Positions 59,841 to 64,000 of a stretch of 64,000 bases of DNA are shown here, piece by piece. The first letter of the stretch is position 1. Every line of letters begins with the position of its first letter. This stretch comes from Callorhinchus milii (lineage: Eukaryota), in contig NW_024704742.1 of assembly GCF_018977255.1 (NCBI RefSeq), forward strand, positions 48,672,001-48,736,000, given 5' to 3'. The notes under the pieces are model-generated. The model ran no database searches, had not been told where the DNA came from, and was given only the letters and a program-made list of their open reading frames with translations. The translations under genes and the position numbers were made by a program.

Positions 59841-60472
59841 GGTGTCAGTTTGGCTCATTTGGTAGCACTTTGGCTTCTAACCCATATCATTGTGGATTCA
59901 AATCCATGTTAGGACATTGAGCTCACATTTCAACATTGTAATCAAGGAATCTCTGAATTGTTGGAGCTTCAATTCTCTGGATGAGACATTAAAAGCTCTG
60001 TCCTCAAGTGGATATTAAAGATCCCATGATGCTATTTGAAGTGAAAAATGTTTCTCCTGGTTTTATGATCAACAGTTCCCTAGATAAATTAGTTATTCAC
60101 TTCATGGCTATTCGGATGAGACATAAAACCAAGGTTTCCGTCTGCCTGTTCAGGTGGATGTTGAAGATCCCGTGCCACTATTCGAAAAGAGAAGGGAGTT
60201 TCTCCTGGTGTTCTGGCCAACAATCTACAGTTACTACACTTTACAGTAGATCCTATGATGCAAGTTGCGAATGGAAAGGCACTGTATCAAATGCAAGGAT
60301 TACTATTGGTAAACATCTATTACTATGGTTGTTTATGGGACCCTAATGTGTGGAAATTGATTGTTGCATTTGCCTGCAACTGCAATGATTACACTTGACA
60401 GCAAATATTTGTGAAGTGCTTTGAGATGGTTTGACGTTAGAGGTGCTATATCAAAAGCAAGGATTATTTATT
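59841..60472 (+). mobile_element. Composite old Deu-domain SINE(s) with repeated core and tail
   Basis: GGTGTCAGTTTGGCTCATTTGGTAGCAC head; the GGATGAGAC...GTGGAT.TT.AAGATCCC core occurs twice and the CAAGGATTA tail occurs twice. Confidence 0.7.
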
Positions 60473-60714
60473 AAGATACTAAAATACAATTTGAATTATT
60501 CATTATGCTCTTGCCAGATTCCAGTTTGTTATTTTTCTTTTTTCTCTCAAACTGTAATGATTTTTTAAGGCAGAAGTTGTCATTTCTGTAATGTGTCACA
60601 GTCATAATGGCTTATTTTGAATTGCAATACTTGCTGAATGCTGGTGAGTTGTCTTGAGTGATTGGAACCACCATGTATGAATCTTTCCTGCATTTGTTCA
60701 TTAACTCTATATAG

Positions 60715-60990
60715 TCTTACAAAGTACTACACAGATGGAGGTCCATTCAGCAAATCAAGTCTCTGTTGCTGACTCCTCCACTGGAGCTAACTATTCTAAT
60801 CCCAATTCCCTCCTCTCCCAATTACCTTTTACATTGTTCCTTTTAAAACATTGATCCAATTTCCCTTGAAATGCTGATGTGGTCTCAACTTCAACAGTTA
60901 CTTTAGCGAAGCATGTTCCAAATCCATGTTCCAATAAATGTTTCTTCCAACTTCCTTCGCAACCCTTCCTGGGATTAAATCTCCCTAGTT
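60715..60990 (-). mobile_element. CR1 LINE 3' remnant
   Basis: Minus ORF VEVETTSAFQGKLDQCFKRNNVKG ~ CR1 C-terminus VEA.TI..FK..LD......IKGY. Confidence 0.6.
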
Positions 60991-61439
60991 TTCCAATTTT
61001 TACCAAATATTTAACATTTTATCACTGTGACATAGTAATTCTTCACAAGTGGACATAAACAGTGAGTGCTAACAGGCTCTTCAGCATTGACGAGGATTGT
61101 ACCTGGGACCTTTAGGATCTTACTTAATTTCCCATTAGGTGACAGCTTTACCAATTGAGGCATTTGGGAAACCCAAGAAACCATATTTATAATGCAGTTA
61201 TGGTCACGTCACTTATCACATCATTGTATTCTCATCTGATTGCAGCAGCACTAATAGCTTTTATGTTTATGTCCCTCACACAACTTCCCTGGTCAAAAGA
61301 GCAAACACAAGTTCTGATGCCAGTCTCTGCAATGTCACCAATCACTAAGTACTGTCGATTGTGGAATCTCAGGCGGCCTTTATCGACAACCTTTCCTTCT
61401 GTCACTGCAGGGCAGGATATGGTACTCTGTGTCTCTGGG

Positions 61440-63379
61440 CGTCTTTGTTTGACCCTCAATACTCCTTTCTTCCCCCATATCCATGCCATGACCCGTTCTG
61501 CCTTCCCCCACCTCTGCAACATTGCCCGACTCCACCACTGCATCACCCCTCAGGCCACTGAAACTGTCATACACGCATTCATCAACTCATGGCTCGACTA
61601 CGGAAACACCCTCCTTGTCGGTCTCCCCAACTCTTTCCTCCACAAGCTGCAGATCATCTAGAATTCTGTAGCTCGTGTCCTCTCCCACACCAGGCTCAGT
61701 GACCGCATCACCCCCACCAGCTCCACTGGCTCCCCATCCCTCAGAAGATAGAATTGAAAATCGTTGTCCTCACCTTCAAGGCCCTCCGTGGCCTTGCTCC
61801 CTCCTACATCTATGACCTGCTGACTCCCTATGAACCTTGACAATAAGATGTAGGAGCAGGAGTAGGCCATTCAGACCCCGCCATTTAATATGTTCATGGC
61901 TGATCTTCTGACCTAATTCCATTTACCCGCCCTATCCCAATATCCCTTAATCCTTCTATCCTTTAGAAATCTATCAACCTCAGCCTTGAATATGTTCAAG
62001 GACTGAACATCCACAGCCTTCTGGGGTAGAGAATTCTACAAATTCACTATCCACTGAGTGAAGAAATGTTTCCTCAACTCAGTTTGAAAAGGCTGACCCT
62101 TAATCTTGAGACTATGACCCTTAGTTTTAGATTCTCCAACCAGGGGAAACAGTCTCATAGCATCTACCCTGTCAAGACCCTTAAGAATCTTATAGGTTTC
62201 TATAAGTTCACCTCTAATTCTTCGATATTCTAGAGAATATAGGCCTAATTTACTCAACCTATCCTCATAGGTCAACCCTCCTCATCCCAGAAACCAACCT
62301 AGTGAATCTACGCTGCAGATTATGTCTGCAGTATGTCCTAAGGCAAGTATGTCCTTTCTTAAATAAGGAGACCAAAACTGCACACAATATTCTAGGTGTG
62401 GTCTCACCAAGGCCTTATACAACTGCAGCAAGACTTCTCTATTCTTGTACTCTAACCCTTTTGCAATAAACGCCAACATGGCATTAGCCTTCCTAGTTGC
62501 TTGCTGTACCTGCATACTAACGTTTTGTGACTGGTGTACAAGGACACCCAAATCCCTTTGAACACTACCACTATCTAGTCTCCCCCCCTCTAGAAAATAA
62601 TCTGCTTTTCCATTTTTACTGCCTAGGTGAATAACTTCACACTTGCCCACATTATACTCCATCTGCCACCTTCTTATCCACTCACCTAGCCTGTCTATTT
62701 CCCTTTGCATTCTTTGTGTGTCATCCTCACATCTTACTCTCCCACCTATCTTCGTATCGTCCACTAATTTAGATATGTTGAGTTCTATTTTCTCATCTAA
62801 ATCGTTGATATAGACTGTAAATAATTGAGGTGCAAGCACTGCTTCTTGTGGCACTCCACTTGTCACATCCTGCCAATCTGAGAAGGACCCGTTTATCCCT
62901 ACTCTCTGTTTTCTTCCTGTTAGTCACTCTCCAATCCATGCTGATATATTACCTTTAATTTTATGGGCTCTAATCTTATGCAACAGCTTTTATGTGGCAC
63001 CTTGTCGAATGCCTTCTGGAAACCCAAATACACCACATCTACTGAACCTGCCTGCACCCTCCGCTCGGCAGGCTCCGGCCTGTTCCATGTCTGCCGCCCG
63101 ACCCACCCTACCATCGGCGGCCGAGCTTTCAGCCTCTCTGCTCCCACCCTTTGGAACTCTATCCCACAACTCCTTTGTCTTGCTGCCTCTCTTGCTTCCT
63201 TCAAGGCATGACTCAAGACCCTCCTTTTTGACCGTGCCTTCAACCGTCCTCCTATCCCCTCTGCTCTCCCTCATCCCACCCTGCCCTCCCACGCTCGGGT
63301 CCTGATCCCTGATTATTCAGTCACTTGTGATTTCCTCCCGACGTGAAAGGCGCTTTACAAATGTAATTTTGTTGTTGTT
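61440..63379 (+). mobile_element. L2 LINE 3' portion split by a CR1 insertion (arms 61440-61837 and 63043-63379)
   Basis: TETVIHAFINSWLDYGNTLLVGLP...; joining the arms restores LLTPYEPACTLRSAGSGL; (TTG)n tail. Confidence 0.9.
61838..63042 (-). mobile_element. CR1 LINE, 5'-truncated, RT domain to 3' tail
   Basis: VDVVYLGFQKAFDKVPH, TSGVPQ.AVL.PQLFTVYINDL, SKLVDDTKIGG, LYKALVRPHLEYCVQFWSP; tail GAATGGCCTACTCCTGCTCCTA; TGAACCT on both flanks. Confidence 0.95.
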
Positions 63380-64000
63380 TAAGGCTGAGAGCTGACAGTG
63401 TGGGGAATCACAGGGAGAGTCTCAAATCCTATCACCCCATTGCATAATATGCTAGGAAGCTGTGGCATGACACTACCCTAAATTATGTACACAGGTAAAA
63501 TAGGAGAAAAATGTACTCTAAAGGTTCACACGGGTTCAACCCCCAGAAAAGCTGCTGGAGTTTTGCAAGGTATTGCAAGACGTTTATTGTTGCATTCAAG
63601 GGATTGTTCCTGGTGGCATTGACGCAAATCTTGACTTCACTGATTCTAGGCCACACAACCATGTGTTTGATGTGTCGGCCTCAACCCATGTACTGAGCAG
63701 TATTTTTAATTAAAGAGGAAGCAGATAAGGGAGGATATTGCTCAGTGCTTATGATGCAGAGCATAGTAATTATGCAAAAGTGGAAATATAAAAGTAGAAA
63801 CATTTGAAGCTATGGAAGCTGAATGAATGTGTTTAAGTGTGAGGCTTGGAGTCTGGGGAATGCTTTGGTTTCTCATTTCTTCTGGGTCAGAGGCAATGGA
63901 ATTTTCTTGCACTGGTGTTACAAAGAGTGTAGATTAATGCATTGAGGATAAACTATAGCTGCAATTGCAATATACTCAAAGGAATTTAAATGATACCATA

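Noticed and set aside
62282..62866. 194-aa ORF as a host gene or active RT (also the 190-aa ORF at 41150-41722)
   Set aside because: Fragments of 5'-truncated, frameshifted CR1 and L2; the CR1 catalytic motif is altered (LVDD)

Overview
Eukaryotic, AT-rich, repeat-dense vertebrate DNA. The repeat content (tRNA-Ala-headed SINEs with (ATT)n tails, Deu-domain SINEs, L2 and CR1 LINEs) points to a cartilaginous fish, probably a chimaera such as Callorhinchus milii; this is inference, not a database match. I could not identify any intact protein-coding exon chain, so the window looks like a large intron or intergenic region, and most ORFs in the track are SINE/LINE-derived or chance frames. Best-supported non-routine items: (1) an intronless, nonsense-mutated FABP1-like pseudogene fragment (43369-43506) missed by the ORF track; (2) a ~310-bp, ~85-90% identical inverted repeat pair 12 kb apart (33274-33582 / 45554-45862) that matches none of the local SINE/LINE families; (3) a decayed Ty3/Gypsy integrase; (4) two hAT-type non-autonomous elements with degenerate 8-bp TSDs; (5) nested insertions with readable TSDs and a visible SINE/L2 shared 3' stem-loop tail. 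No CRISPR, rRNA, true tRNA gene or prokaryotic-type system is present, and I found no convincing novel multi-gene system. All homology calls were made by eye from remembered family motifs.
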